Positions 12,381 to 25,233 of a stretch of DNA of 64,000 nt are shown one piece after another. The stretch lies in assembly GCA_040357565.1 (NCBI GenBank), contig JBDODJ010000032.1, one strand, 5' to 3'. The notes under the pieces are model-generated. The model saw only the letters and a program-made list of their open reading frames with translations, was not told where the DNA came from and ran no database searches. The stretch is from Cercozoa sp. M6MM (taxonomy: Eukaryota > Protista > Endomyxa: Ascetosporea). Position 1 is the first letter of the stretch. Each line of letters begins with the position of its first letter. A program made the position numbers and the translations under genes.

Positions 12381-14181
12381 ATGAAGATTTTGTTGGCAGT
12401 TCTCTGTGTCGCGCAGCTGACTTTGTTTCCATGTCCAGTGGCTGCGAGTTATGCACACGACTCTGCGAAGAACGTCTACCCGAGCGGCAACACTAATATC
12501 TCCCCCAAAAAGGGTGATGGCTACTCGAGTGGCTACGACAGTGAACACGATGCCAAGCACGACAAGAACCTTGAACACGTCAAGCAAGACCTGCACAGCA
12601 TTTTCATGGTACTGTGTCTATACTGTACAGTACAACGCATACAGTACAATACAGTCTGTGTATTACACAAACTGCATGTAAAACTGTACGTTGTTCTGTA
12701 GGGCATGGACTCGGCCAGCAGTCAGCTGCAGGCGACGATTCACCAACTGTGGGCGCGTCTCAAGAACGCAGCCACAGTGATCAAGAATCAGACCCAGACC
12801 ACGACTACGACTGCGACGACTGCCACTCCCAGTGCTGCGCCTACCGAGACCACGACCACAGCTGCAGCAACCACCCAGACCACGACACTGCCGTGTGACT
12901 GCACGCAGCAGGACGTGCCTGTCACGCCCGTTCCGACACCCTGTCCGTCTGTGCCGGCCAATCCCTTCCTGCCTGGTCTGTTTCCTCAGTCTTCTCTGTT
13001 CTCGTGTGTGCTTGTACAGTACGTACTGTGCTACTGTACTGCTTGTACTGTACACTCTGTGCTGTACTGTACTGTGTGTGCCCTCAGGCGACCCGTGTAC
13101 GTGCGACTTTGAGTGTGCCTCTGGCGCCGACGCTCGTTGTTCGGGCGACTGCACAGTCACGCTGCTGAACGGCACCTCGAGTGCTCCCACTGACGCTGGA
13201 GGTGCTCCTCTGATGCACGTGTGCATCTCGGCCAGTCAGGTGCCTGCCGGGCAGGCGTGCCACTGCGACTCGCAGTGTCCCAGCGGTCTGCAATGTGTCG
13301 GCGCCGACCTGGACGCTGCCACGTCTCGCACCTGTGCCCTCACTCTCGGACAGTCCTGTGACTTCAGCAATGACATGTGCATGCCTGGTACTGCAGTGCA
13401 TGTCCGTCTGTACTGTACAAAAATACTGACTGAACTGAAACTGAACTGAAACTGAACTGACTGAAACTGAACTGCACAGGACTGCAGTGCGACGCCTCGT
13501 CGTTGAAGTGCGTGATTCCCCTAGGCACGGGCACTCCAATCATGTGTCGCGACCGCGCAGACTGTCCGGACGGAGCCTTGTGCGACGACAGCGGCGACTG
13601 CAAGGGCGCTCGCGACCAGGCGTGCACAGAAAACGGAGAGTGTCTGTCTGGAACTTGCACTTCGAACATGTGCGAGAAGCCTACGGGAGGTGCACTCGGC
13701 GATCTCTGCGACAAGGAAACACATCGTGCCGGTCCATTAGGAGACAATACCTGTTCTTCCGGTCTCGCATGTGCCAACGCTGGTACCATACTGCGTTAGT
13801 ATTGGAACGTGTTGGAACTTTGTGCGACAGGCTACCAGCAGTCGCTGCCGAATCCGAACGGTCAGCTGAAGTGTTTAACCCGAAGCAATCTTACTCCCAC
13901 GTGCGCTGCTTCGAGTGAGTGCGCCTCGGGGCAGTGTGTTAGTGCTGTCTGTCAGGAGACGCCCTACAGTCAGCGACTGCCTGCAGGCGGCCGTGTCTTG
14001 TGGCACTGTTGTGTGTTTCGGAGGAGGAGTCTGCGGCGCAATCGCAGCAGACCAGTGTCCCTTCGCCATGGCCGGCGCTGCGTGTACGGCGGGTTCGCAG
14101 TACGAGTGCGAGATGCCAACGAATGTCGGTCTCGACGACTTCCAGATCTGCACGGCTGCCAGCACTTGTCCCATCCCTTAA
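12381..14181 (+). CDS. Secreted Cys-rich protein with Thr-rich stalk and CxxDxxCxxGxxC repeats; apparent frameshift near 13962
   Basis: Signal peptide MKILLAVLCVAQLTL; TTTTTATTATP stalk; repeats such as CTCDFECASG, CHCDSQCPSGLQC, CTENGECLSGTC and CAASSECASGQC; four GT-AG introns. Confidence 0.8.
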
Positions 14182-14277
14182 CTTCGAGTCCGTCTGTAGC
14201 GACGACTTCAAGAGAGCGTGTCACAGTTTCTATTCTATCGATCGATACCCTCAACCAACTGCAGTGAGTAGTTGAAT

Positions 14278-14622
14278 CAGGTATGGCGGGGTTTTTCGAG
14301 GCAAAATCAGAATCAAAGCGCCATTTGACTAAAAAAACGTGTCTAAGCGGCATTTAAGCCTCACAAAGGCAAAGCCGAACCCCCCAAAATACGCACATGG
14401 TAGGCCAAAGTAGCGATGATGTGACCGCCCAGACCCGGATTTCGAACTTATTTGAATACAACGGGCAACAACTTTGTCGAAATTGCTAAAACAAAACGCG
14501 GCTAAACCGCTGATTCTAGCTAATAGTGACAGAATACTGTTTTAACAACAGGGCACACAGCGGTACATCTAATAAAAGCAATTTGAGTGCGTATTTTGGG
14601 GGTTCGGCATTGCCTCGAAAAA
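14278..14622. mobile_element. Degenerate non-autonomous TIR element (same family as 45682-45892)
   Basis: Left end caggtatggcggggtttttcgaggc; right end reverse-complements to tttttcgaggcaatgccgaacccccaaaatacgcac. Both ends match the element at 45682 in inverted orientation. No TSD found. Confidence 0.55.
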
Positions 14623-14639
14623 TCGATGCAATTAAACTT

Positions 14640-17600
14640 ACTACCCTCCTCAATCAGCGAGAGGTTGAAGAGGAGTCTCAGATATTTATCCGATTCAATC
14701 GAGCGATTGCCCAGAAGCTGAGCTTGCCGACGGCGTCGTCTGGTCGGTGGAGATCGCAGCGACAAGCGGGACCTTGGCACCAACGTCTTGCCTAATTTTC
14801 AACCACAAGACACTCAGTCCCACCAAGCGTACATATCAAAGAACGTACACCGCGAACTTGACAAACTTCACAAAGACAGGCAAGGTCGCGAGCGGTCCGA
14901 ACAGACGATTCGCCGCCGATCCGACTTCACTGATGTCAACCTTGCTCTCGAGTAAGCCGGCAGCATACTTGGCCTCTCGAAGAACGCGCGAGAACTGCAG
15001 GAACAGCTTGATATACTGATAGACCTATATATTTTCATCTTAAATCACAAAAGTACCATGTGTATTTTGTGGCAGTGCAGAAGTGCTTTGAGCACCTCAA
15101 TCATCGTGTTTGGAAGGAAAACACTGAAGGGAGCTTCGTGGCGCCAGCTGAACTTATCAAACATTACAAACTGTACCTGTGCCTGAGACCGAGAAGAACA
15201 AAACACTCACGTTTCGAGGGCCAAAAGAAGGGGACTGCAGCGAGAACTGGTGACCACAGGAATACGCTTCAACAAGTCTCCACTCGAGTCGTATGCGGGC
15301 GGCGTCGACTGTACTGCGACCGCTTTGCTCAACACGCTGTGTTCGACAGTCGGATTGTGCTGAAAGGTAGGCCAAAATGTACTGTACATATGATAAAATT
15401 ATATATGTAAACCAGTACCGATGGAATTCGCAATTGAAAAATGGAATCCGCCTGCCAAGCCATACGCAGCCATTTCACCGTCTGCAGCGCAACAAACAAG
15501 CGTTTCGATCTGTTTCAATGGAATTGGAAGACAGTTTCATAACAAACGAAACCTCCGAGTAGTGCAGGTTTGCCGAGATGAGCGTGTGCGCCCAGGCATC
15601 ATTCGGTGCAGTTTGCAGTGCAGCGAACATCAGAAGGTCAGCCAGGAGATTCTGCACAGCCGAAGCTTCGATTTAAAACAAAACAGGTTCAGTTTCAAGA
15701 AATAAACTTACCTTGATGCTTCCAGTAAATGTGGTCGACATGTCCATCTCTTCGATTGCAAAACTGTTACATGCTCGTTTCTGTCGCAAATATTATGTGA
15801 AGAACAAACGAAGAAGAAGGAAAGGAAGGCTAGATTACAATCGCTTCCGAAGGCGGCACGTTAAGTTTGATGCTGAGAGCCACCAGCCACGCGAAAGCAG
15901 TTGCATCTTTGGCAACCACGATGGCGTATTCTGTCAGCGACGAGAGTAACATGGAGTCCACTGAGCGTCCCTGATGGGCGAGAAACAAAAGCACAGTCCC
16001 AGAAAAGCACACGAAGAATCCGAAGAAAATCAACCATCTCGCTGATTTCGTGGTAGGTTAGGAAGGGTATAGTTTTCGGAACTGATGGAATAGTCAGATT
16101 CAACGCCAGAAGAGGGAACAATTGGCGATGTTCGATGTGCGGATCATAGCTAAAGTAAAAAGCCGGATCAGAACACACAGTAAATGAATTGAGACAAGTG
16201 AGATAATTTGTGTACCTGGTTTTGCCGGTCAGCGCGGCCTTCAACGCTGCCACGAGATCGAGCAAGTGGTGGGATGGCACTGTGATACCAAAGCAATCGA
16301 CTGTAGTGCTGATTCCTCTCTGTTTGCTGCAAGCGAACAAATCTGTCATCTTGAGTCAAGACAGAATGACCGATCGTACAGTTCGTCGCTGAAGAAACGC
16401 ACAGGCGATTCGTGCATCAACATGACTGCTCGAAGCAGGGGCTGTGTCCACATTGTTTCAGGTCGTGCCAGCGATTGTGCTGCGAGGGACTTCTTTTCAA
16501 CTCCTTGGGCCCCACCCACCTTGATACTCGAGAGCACAACGGCTGGTAACCAGTCAAACCGACGATGTCGCTCGCCTATCAAAACAGAAAGAGTCCAAAC
16601 CCCTACAAAATGAAAATAGAATGTGCAGTACCTTCAACAGCGTTCTGGTAGAGGAATATCAGCATACGCAGGAAAACTGGACGCAGTTGCGGGATGTGCT
16701 GCACCAAAAACGAAGGCCGAGAGTAAAATACAAAAAAAATCTGTTGAGTCAACTTACTTCTAGAGCCGCGGCGTAGTTGTACACAGAGTATTGTGTGTTC
16801 ACGAAGTTTGTGTGCCAAAGCTGACACGATTCGCACAACGTCTCAGCGAAAAGGCAAAAGTCAGTTGTTTCAGTTGGTAAATTTACCTTCGGTGTGGCAG
16901 CCATTGTAGAGGAGTACCACATGATAGCTCTGCTAGCCCAGACGTCGTACTCCTCAGAAGTGTCGTTAAACACGAAGTAGCACAAAACAGAAGGTGTCGT
17001 TTCTTCAGTGTTGACACATCGATCAATCCCTCGACCACCGTTCTCGGCGACACTGATGCCAGCGATCGCTGTGTCCAGCAGTGTCTGCATGAACACGAGC
17101 GACATAGGCGGAATCGAGACTCTCAGGTTTCGAGAAGGATCTTTCCATTGCTTGCACTGATAATAAACGACGTAAATATTACCTTAAAGCGAAAAAATCA
17201 AAAAACCAAAACACCTTCCAAAAATCCGCTGCTTGTCGACGATACAGCTTTCGCATGATCGTTTGTTCGGTAGGTTGGGCCGATCTCTGGCGTGCTACAC
17301 CTAGTTCTACGCCCAGCGCTATTGCAAACTGCTGGACATCGGCGCGGAGCAGTTCGAACAGAGTCGTGATCACTCCAAGTGGCGACTCTTCTCGTGCGGG
17401 GTCAACACACTGTTCCACCATCGAGAACAGCTCGAGTTGCTGCGCCTGACGAGCATCACTGTCGTAAGGGAGCCCACGACAGTACTCTTGGTTTAACAGA
17501 CCGCGCAGGCAGTCCTACATCACCAGGTTAACTTTGTCAGATTTGAGTCAGTAGCCACTCAGCAAAAAACGAGAAAATATGACTCCAAAATACTGCACGC

Positions 17601-17702
17601 AAAACCGACGCAAACGCTACCTCGAGTGTGCGCGTGACGCGCACTTGGGTCGCACTTGCGCCCAGGATCAGCAAAACCCAGCAAAGCCACGTTTTGGCCA
17701 TG
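14640..17702 (-). CDS. Large secreted orphan protein, multi-exon, helical
   Basis: Signal peptide MAKTWLCWVLLILGASA; consecutive in-frame exons (DCLRGLLNQEYCRG..., CKQWKDPSRNLR..., GRSVDSMLLSSLTEYAIV...). 3' end approximate; no family recognised. Confidence 0.6.
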
Positions 17703-18073
17703 TGATTTTGAATCTTATCGACTTTTGTTTCTCTCGTTGTGTGTTTGCTGGCTTCGCAGAAAGGCAACGCCAATGCTACGCTTTTGGACAAGCGAACTGA
17801 TTTCAGACTCGCGCACTGACTCTAGGAAAGAGAAACTCGATTTTCCCAGGGTGGGCCAGGTCCCCGCACCTCGGGTCCGCCACTTGCCTCTCAAAGTCCG
17901 ACACTCGGATCAAAAGTCACATTTTCTGGTTTCGCTAAAAGCGTCTATAGTCCCTGGGAATCACACGCATGCATCTAATCTGGTTCATTCAAGCAGGAAA
18001 ACAGAACAGAGATTGAGACCAAAAAACAAAAAAAAAGTGCTGTGCTGGTGCGACCTGGGCATGAAAGTTAGAG

Positions 18074-20605
18074 ATGCGGATACAGAACAAGGACTGGCCG
18101 CAGTGTCCGCATTGCGGCACGCATATTAATCCGGTACGTTCTGAGGTGCAGTTTGTGTTGTTTTGCGGTGGATGATGTTGGCACAGCGCAACTTCACCAA
18201 GCACGCCGGCACGCTCGGAATCTGTTCCGGTATTTTCCCGTATTTTATTGTATTTTTTTTTATTGAGAGAAACCCCAAAAGCCGAAAATACAAAAATAAA
18301 AGTGTTTGTGTGTTTTGTTTAGTGCTGAAGAAGCGCCGAGAGGAGCAGTCACAGACCTGTGCGTTTCTTCTGGAAAAATACGAAAATAATAAATACACGA
18401 AAAATACGAAAAATACGAGGTGCGCAGATTATGTGAAAGACGTCAACGCCGACCCGATGGAGCTCGAGGCGGCCTACCTCACTGGCACTGATTGTATCTT
18501 CTTTTTACGTGATCGATCAGTGATCACGCAATGATCGATAGCGATCATTCATGATCGATCAGTGATCACTCAATGCTCGGACGGTTTGTGTGTAGTTGCG
18601 TTCGGCGGCAGCAAACCGTCGTTCGACGAGTTGACACGTGCGCGGCTGTCGAAGCGTATCGAGTGTACCCCCAGCTTTACCCCCCTGTTTACCCCCCTGT
18701 TTACCCCCCCCTCATGCCCCCAGGCACACCGCCGGGCCTGCTGCGGAAGTCGCAGTTCGACCGACTGATCGCGCGACTCGAGAGCGCCGTTCTGCCTGGT
18801 ACAAGACCTCGTCCATTTGGACCACTGTACGTCCATTTGGACCATTGTGTCCATTTGGACCACTGTCTATTTGGACTTGTTTAATTTGGACTTGTTTATT
18901 TTGGACATGTTTATTTTGGACCTTGTTTATTTTGGACCTGTAGTGCGCAAGTCGCACCGCGTGGACGAAACTGCGCTCGCAGTGACCGCGGCCGTCCGCG
19001 CGGAGGCGCCGCTGCTGTCACATGCGGCCAAGAAACGCCGCAAGCACGCGCTGCAACACGCCGCATTGTGCGCGCAGCTGCGTGGTTTTTCTGTTTTACC
19101 CCCCTCTTTACCCCCCCCCCCCCNNNNNNNNNNNNNNNNNNNNNNNNNNNNNNNNNNNNNNNNNNNNNNNNNNNNNNNNNNNNNNNNNNNNNNNNNNNNN
19201 NNNNNNNNNNNNNNNNNNNNNNNTACTACCTCTCTTCCATTTTGCCCCCTCCCCCCATTTTACGCCCTCTTTACCCCCCTCTTTGCCTCCTCTTTGCACC
19301 CACTTTACCCCTTGTTTACTCTCCTGTTTACCTCTATTTACTCCCTTCTTTTCTTACCTTCCTCTTGCCCTTTGTTTATTCCCTTTCGTTTACTCCCCTG
19401 TATACCCCCGGGCCCCGGTGGCGCCCCCCCCCAGAGACGGCGTCGTTGAGGCGAGAGACGACGCTGGTGGAATTCGGCGCCGGCAAGGCCGAGTTGTCCA
19501 AAACACTCGCGCTCACGTCGCAGCGTCTGCATGGGTGTTTCCCCTCATCTTTACCCCCTACCCCCTTTCCCCCTTACCCCCCCCCCCAGAGACGAAGGTG
19601 TCCGCGTCGTATGTGTCGACATGCAGAACTTTCGACACAAGTGCGAGCGTGTGTTACAGGTAGTCTTACCCACCCTGTCCCTACCCCTACCCCTACCCTA
19701 CCCTCTTACCCCCCCCCCCCCCGAAGGAGCGTGCGCGGCGTCTGAGAGTGAACCTGCGTCATTTGGATTTGCGTCGCGTGCCGTGGCTCGTGTCGTCGCT
19801 CCGCGTGGACTGCGTAGCCAAACACCTCTGCGGCTGCGGCACTGACTACGCTCTGCGCTCGCTGCGTACTGCCTTGCAGGTACTAGCTTACCAACTACTA
19901 ACTGCCTTGTTCAACCTAGTACTGGGCGGTAGGGCGACACCAAGGTGCCACTCGGCAGTCTCGTCATCTCGCTGTGCTGCCATCACAAGTGCACCTGGGC
20001 CTCCTTTTGCGGCCGCGCCTTCCTCCAGCAGCACGGCATCAACAACGATCGGTACCAGACAAGCACAAAACACACTCCAAAATCACAAAAACTCACAATT
20101 GATCGGTCAAAAATGATTGCACACGCCACAATGTGACCACACGCCGATTTTGCAACAGAGAGTTCGCACAACTGTGCCGATTGGCGGCTTGGGCCTCCTC
20201 AAGTCACGTGCGGTACTTGAACTCACTCTATTTGCTCAGTGGTCTGGTCCACTTTTTGGATTTTTGGTATTTTTCCTGACTTGGGCAGTCAAACTGACAA
20301 GAAATCCGACTTGAGCGACCAGAACACTGACACGGATCCCCACGTGCACACGTTCCTTACAGCGACGGAGAAACAGCGTTTCGGACGTCTGGCCAAGCGT
20401 GTGCTGGACTCGGCGCGACTTCACTTTTTGTGCGTTTTTGTGCTTTTTTGTGCTTTCTGTTGTCAGTTGCGAAGTTTCCACAAATTGCTGGTATTGCTAT
20501 GTTGCCGCCAGGCGCGAGGAGTGCGCGGCGACGCAGGTTGAACTTGTGGAGTTCTGCGATGAGGACGTGACGCCTGAGAACGTGCTTCTGCGTGCCGTGT
20601 TCTGA
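18074..20605 (+). CDS. TRM13: tRNA:m(4)X methyltransferase TRM13
   Basis: Zn-finger CPHCGTH...KH...C, then KHALQHAAL, VEFGAGKAELS, VAKHLCGCGTDYALR, ISLCCHHKCTW, GRLAKRVLDSARL and VTPENVLL*. Spans the N gap. Confidence 0.92.
18811..18940. repeat. Intronic minisatellite gtccatttggac decaying to ttttggac units
   Basis: About 8 degenerate tandem units filling a TRM13 intron. Confidence 0.85.
19124..19223. other. Assembly gap (100 N) inside a C-rich TRM13 intron
   Basis: Run of n after poly-C. Confidence 1.
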
Positions 20606-20849
20606 CGCAAAACGAAAACGTGACTCGTCGACGCGATACGTTGCGAGCTTGTCGGGTCGTGTACTGTCCGTACATCGCATGTACCGTACTCGACTCAGTT
20701 TTAACACAAGCTTGAGTTAGTTGGGGCGGGGAGGTTCCTGACTTTTCTCAACGGCAAGTTCGGTTACGTTAGCGTTCCCAGATACCAGTTGCATTGAACC
20801 TTCAGTTCAGAACTGTAACTGTTCAGTTTCGGTTCAATTTACCAAAAAT

Positions 20850-21748
20850 TTAGAGCAGATTCAGTTCAAGATTGTTCACCGAAGCATCTGCGTTTCCGGC
20901 CGAGTGCGAGTGCGGGTGTGTCGATGTTGCACGCGAGACGGCGACACTGCGAACCTTGCAGCACATTAGGGCGCTGATCGAGTACAGCAGCGCCACCGGG
21001 ATGAGTGCAACGTGCTCTTGTCCTGAGAGTTTATTAAATGGTTCAGCTCATGTGTTAAAACAAATCAGTACGGTCATGTTAAAACGAGTTACCAGAGATC
21101 TCGTTGGCAGTCGCAAACAAAAACGGGCCAATCCAACCCATTGCGTATCGAGACCATCTGTCCAGTGTATCAGTCTAGTTAACCCTGTACTTTACATGTT
21201 CAGAACTGTACACGCGCACAAGGTGTATTAAACACTTACAGAAACATTGACATCAACGACGACGCGAGTGTTTTCGAACAGTCCGAGGTCAGTTTCGACA
21301 TGAAGACTGTCGCCCAGCAAGCAAAATTAGTTACAGAATACAGTCAAGTCAGTTCAGTTTTTAATTCAATTGGTACCACGAAAGTGCGCAATGCGTGCTC
21401 CAAAAGCAATGCCGCTTCCCTGAGATGCAACAATTGCAGTAACTGTCATTAATCATGATTCAAGCAGTGGCACCATTGTGAACAGGATGACAAAAAGTAG
21501 GTCGCTCCGAGAGCGAACCAAGAACACCAATAGCACAGCTGTACATGTATCACTACTGATACTGTAGTTTGATACTGTGCAACAGTAGCAAAACTGACCC
21601 AAGAAAGAAAGAGACGTCTTCGAGAATCGCGCCGCCCGCACGCCGCCCAGAATGCCGCAGATCTCTCCGCCCATCATCATCAGCGCGATCTCCGTGCCTG
21701 TCATGCGGAACACCGAAATCATGAACGGAGCAGTCGCCAACGCCAGTC
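20850..21748 (-). CDS. Second copy (cassette B) of the six C-terminal exons of the ATG22-like transporter
   Basis: GLALATAPFMISVFRMTGTEIA...RFSKTSLSFL|AVLLVFLVRSRSD...|GSGIAFGARIAHFR|VFMSKLTSDCSKTLASSLMSMFL|WSRYAMGWIGPFLFATANEIS|GQEHVALIPVALLY...LELNLL*. Open frame, same intron positions and phases as cassette A. Confidence 0.8.
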
Positions 21749-21978
21749 CTGCAGGCAGCAGACACACCTCATTTCCATTCTTCCTGGTGTAAACTGTAGG
21801 CACGTCAGTTTCACATCACTGACGTCAAGTCTCGCCCGAATCGGAGTCCAGACGACGTTTTTTTTTGCAATATTTGTTTGCTTAGAACGTCTGTCCCAAA
21901 CGATAACCAGGCGTGTATGTCTTGACTGCCTTCATTCTCGTAATAACATGTGCTGAGTATGCTTGTACAGTCGCAAAA

Positions 21979-24900
21979 TCAGAAGGCAGTCAGTTCGAGT
22001 TCGTCCAAAGGCGTATCCTCAGCAGGCTGCTCGTCGCTCTGGCAGCTCGGAGTGCGCGACAAGGCCACGCTGCGGATCTGCCAGCACATGACGCAACTGG
22101 TCGAGTAGAGGATCGCCACGGGGATTAGTGCGAGGTGCGCGTGTCCTTCAAAAGTACAGGCAGTTTTTGTACAGTGTTTTGCTCGTTTCAAACAGGGCGT
22201 TCTTGTACCAGAAAGCTCGTTCGCTGCAGCGAAAAGCAGCGGACCCACCCAGCCCAAGGCATAGCGCGACCACCTGACAAACCAAGTTGCACATTTTCAC
22301 ACACCGACTGAAGAAAGGCATCAAGGCTAGAGCTTACAAAAACATGGCCATCAAGGACGATGCCAACGCTTTCGAACAGTCCGCGGTTAGTTTCGACATG
22401 AAGACTGCCCAATTTAGTGTTCTACATCTGGATCTGAGCGGAAAAGGAACCGACTGGACAGTTACCCACCTCGAAAGTGCGCAATTCGTGCACCGAATGC
22501 GACACCACTCGTCTAAATTTCAATTTTAAATGTTATAACGAAACACTCTTATTTTTTTGCAAGTAACTGAACGAACTGACAGATGTTACCACTCCAAACA
22601 CAACGACGAAAGCAAAGTCTTTTCGCGATCGGACAAAGAACGGCACCAGTGCAGCTACAGTAGATATATATATATATATAAGTTTATATCATAGAATACA
22701 CAAGAGATATCAACAGTGAATATAGGTCAAGGCGTGTACCAAGGAAGGAAAGAAAGGTGCCCGCGAACACAAGAGTGGACGGACGGCAGGTCTTCGAGAA
22801 GCGCGCCGAGAGTGCTCCGCCGGCAATACCGCAGATCTGACCGCCCACAAGAAGCAGTGCAATCTCAGTGCTCGTCATGTGAGCCACCGTCATCAAGAAA
22901 GGCGTTAAGGCAGCTCCCAGTCCTTTTCAACGGCACAGAAGTCAATTTGGGTCCAGTTTAAGTTAAAAGCACAACAGGAAGACACAGAAAACAAACTGAA
23001 AAAGTACCGGCATCACCGGCACTGAGTACAACATTCATGAGCAGGAACCAGTTGCCTTCGGGCCGGCGTCGACGCAGCACTCGCCATGCCGTGCGCATCT
23101 TGCTCACCACACTCTGCGTCTCGTACTGCGACTCTGTGCTTTCGCGCGTTTTCGTCTCCATTCCGATCTGAGCACACACAATATAAACTGTCAGTTGCGC
23201 TTTTATTAACGGAGTGGTATTGGAAATTACCAAGAAAGGCAGTGCAATCAAGAGCCACAATAGACCTGCAGCAGTGACAAAACTAGCTCGTTGACGCGAT
23301 GGCGAGTGTCTCAGCACCGCGTTTGACCAGTGTACTTGTTGACCTGAACTCAAGTCAGTAAATTAACAGTTGGTGTAGTAATATTTACAGTACCAGAACT
23401 GAGGTGTGTCAGCACTGCGAATGAGTCTGTTTCTACTCGAACTGCGTCTGTTGACAGTGTGCCCTATAAGACCACCAATTAAATTTAAACTCAAGGATCC
23501 AAACAGACCGCAGAAAATGTACAGCACCTTGACATAGTGTGTCTCCTCTTCAAAGGACTCAAACCGAGTAAAGGCGTGTTTCACAGTGTCAAAGGAACCA
23601 AACACGACCTCGCCTGGCACGTTCGAACTCGCGCTAAACCGGAACTCACCGGGCCCACTAAATAATAAAGTGACTCTATTGCATGCCAATTCAGTTTGAT
23701 ACCCAGTAAATTTAGATGAAGAGTGCCAATTACACATCATGAAACTGCGTCAACAGTGCAACAGCATCGGCGGAGCTGACATGCAGAGTGTCGCCCACAA
23801 TGGTGCACAGAGAATCGCCTTTTTTCGTACCTTCAATTGGCACAACAGACCATGTTCGAGTAAAGGCAGAATGACAGATTGAATAACTTAAACTTACAAG
23901 GATGCAACGAAATGACGGCATTGCTGTCCTTTGACAGTGCGGTGAACTCGGTAATTGACACTTCGTTGGTCACCTAAAGTTGAGTTTCTTCAGTTCAGAA
24001 ATGAGAAGTTTGATGATTGAATGACTGAGGGATACGTTGCTTTCGCTGTTGCCGCTGCGATGAAGAAGCAACGCAAAGAAACCCGCCACTCCAATCTACA
24101 ATTTGAAGAGTTCAGTTTCAACTGAACTGTAAACTCACATTAATAATCCCCCTGTTTCAGTTGTTTATAATACCTGTGCCATGTTGCCCAACCCAAGAGC
24201 CCAAGCCGAGCACAGAATCTGCTTTCGCGCAGGCACGTGTGTCGTGAGCAGTGAGTACACTGGCACCAGTGACACCTCATAGCTGTACACAAGCATCTCA
24301 ATTTTAGTATAGCAATTTACCAAACCAACTGCTACAGTATTTATCATGTGAAAGTAACATACGCTACACTGGCCACGATGATTGCGAGTGCGAACAGATC
24401 CAGCGACGGCAGCAGTGCGAACGACGCCGTCGAAAGCGCTCCCGCGATGTTCGCTGCAGTCTAAAATTCCAGGAGTTAAATTTAAACTTACTTCAACGTG
24501 TAAAATTCAGTTGGAAGTTGTACAGTACCATAAGTGAGCCACGCGACGACTTGTGAATCGCACCGGCCAGCGGGATCGCCCACACGCCCAACAATGTCGT
24601 TATGGCCAGTGTGAACGAAGTTGCAGTCGTCGGAAGCATTGGGATTCCCCCTGAGGTGAGTTCAAGAAGTCTGAGTCGTTTGTACAGTACGTGCACGAAT
24701 ACAATATTCAAGACAAGAGATCCTACAGACAGAAACGCGTCCATTCGGCCCCGCGTCGGCGTTCCAGTAGGCCACATCGGTCAGGAACGAGTTGCAGAAG
24801 GCAGCAAACACGAGACCTGCCTGCCCATTTAAATTTCACTCACTGAAAGTTCCATAAGGTACCAGTTGAGTGAAGATACGGGAGTTCTCGCGACTGCCGC

Positions 24901-25233
24901 AGCAACAAAGACATTCGCGAAGGAAAACAAACGCGCACGAAGTGTTCGTTCCTCTTTGCCACCGACACCGAGATCAGATAAAGCGACATCATCGTTCTTA
25001 AACTCAGAGTCGCCGGTGTATTGAACAAGAGTCGACAAGCGTTGGCACTCATCGTACACGCTCTCTTCGCTTTCGCTCAGTGGCAGCGTGTCGTCTAAAG
25101 CACCGTTGCGAAACTGAGCAGACTGAGAAGTTATTGTCTTGTCAAACTCGTCTAACTCGGTGGCATCCACTCCGAGAGCCTGGCGTCGCATTTGAAGTTT
25201 CTGCCGTATTTCGTTCTGCATTGCACGGTCCAT
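21979..25233 (-). CDS. MFS transporter, ATG22/UMF1-like
   Basis: Multiple TM exons. RVSVWGIPMLPTTATSFTLAITTLLGVWAIPLAGAI and WSRYALGWVGPLLFAAANE resemble Atg22-family motifs. True start may lie further upstream, up to about 25465. Confidence 0.7.

Noticed and set aside
17839-17962. Short inverted repeat ttcccaggg...ccctgggaa
   Set aside because: Only about 9-11 bp, with no TSD or second copy.
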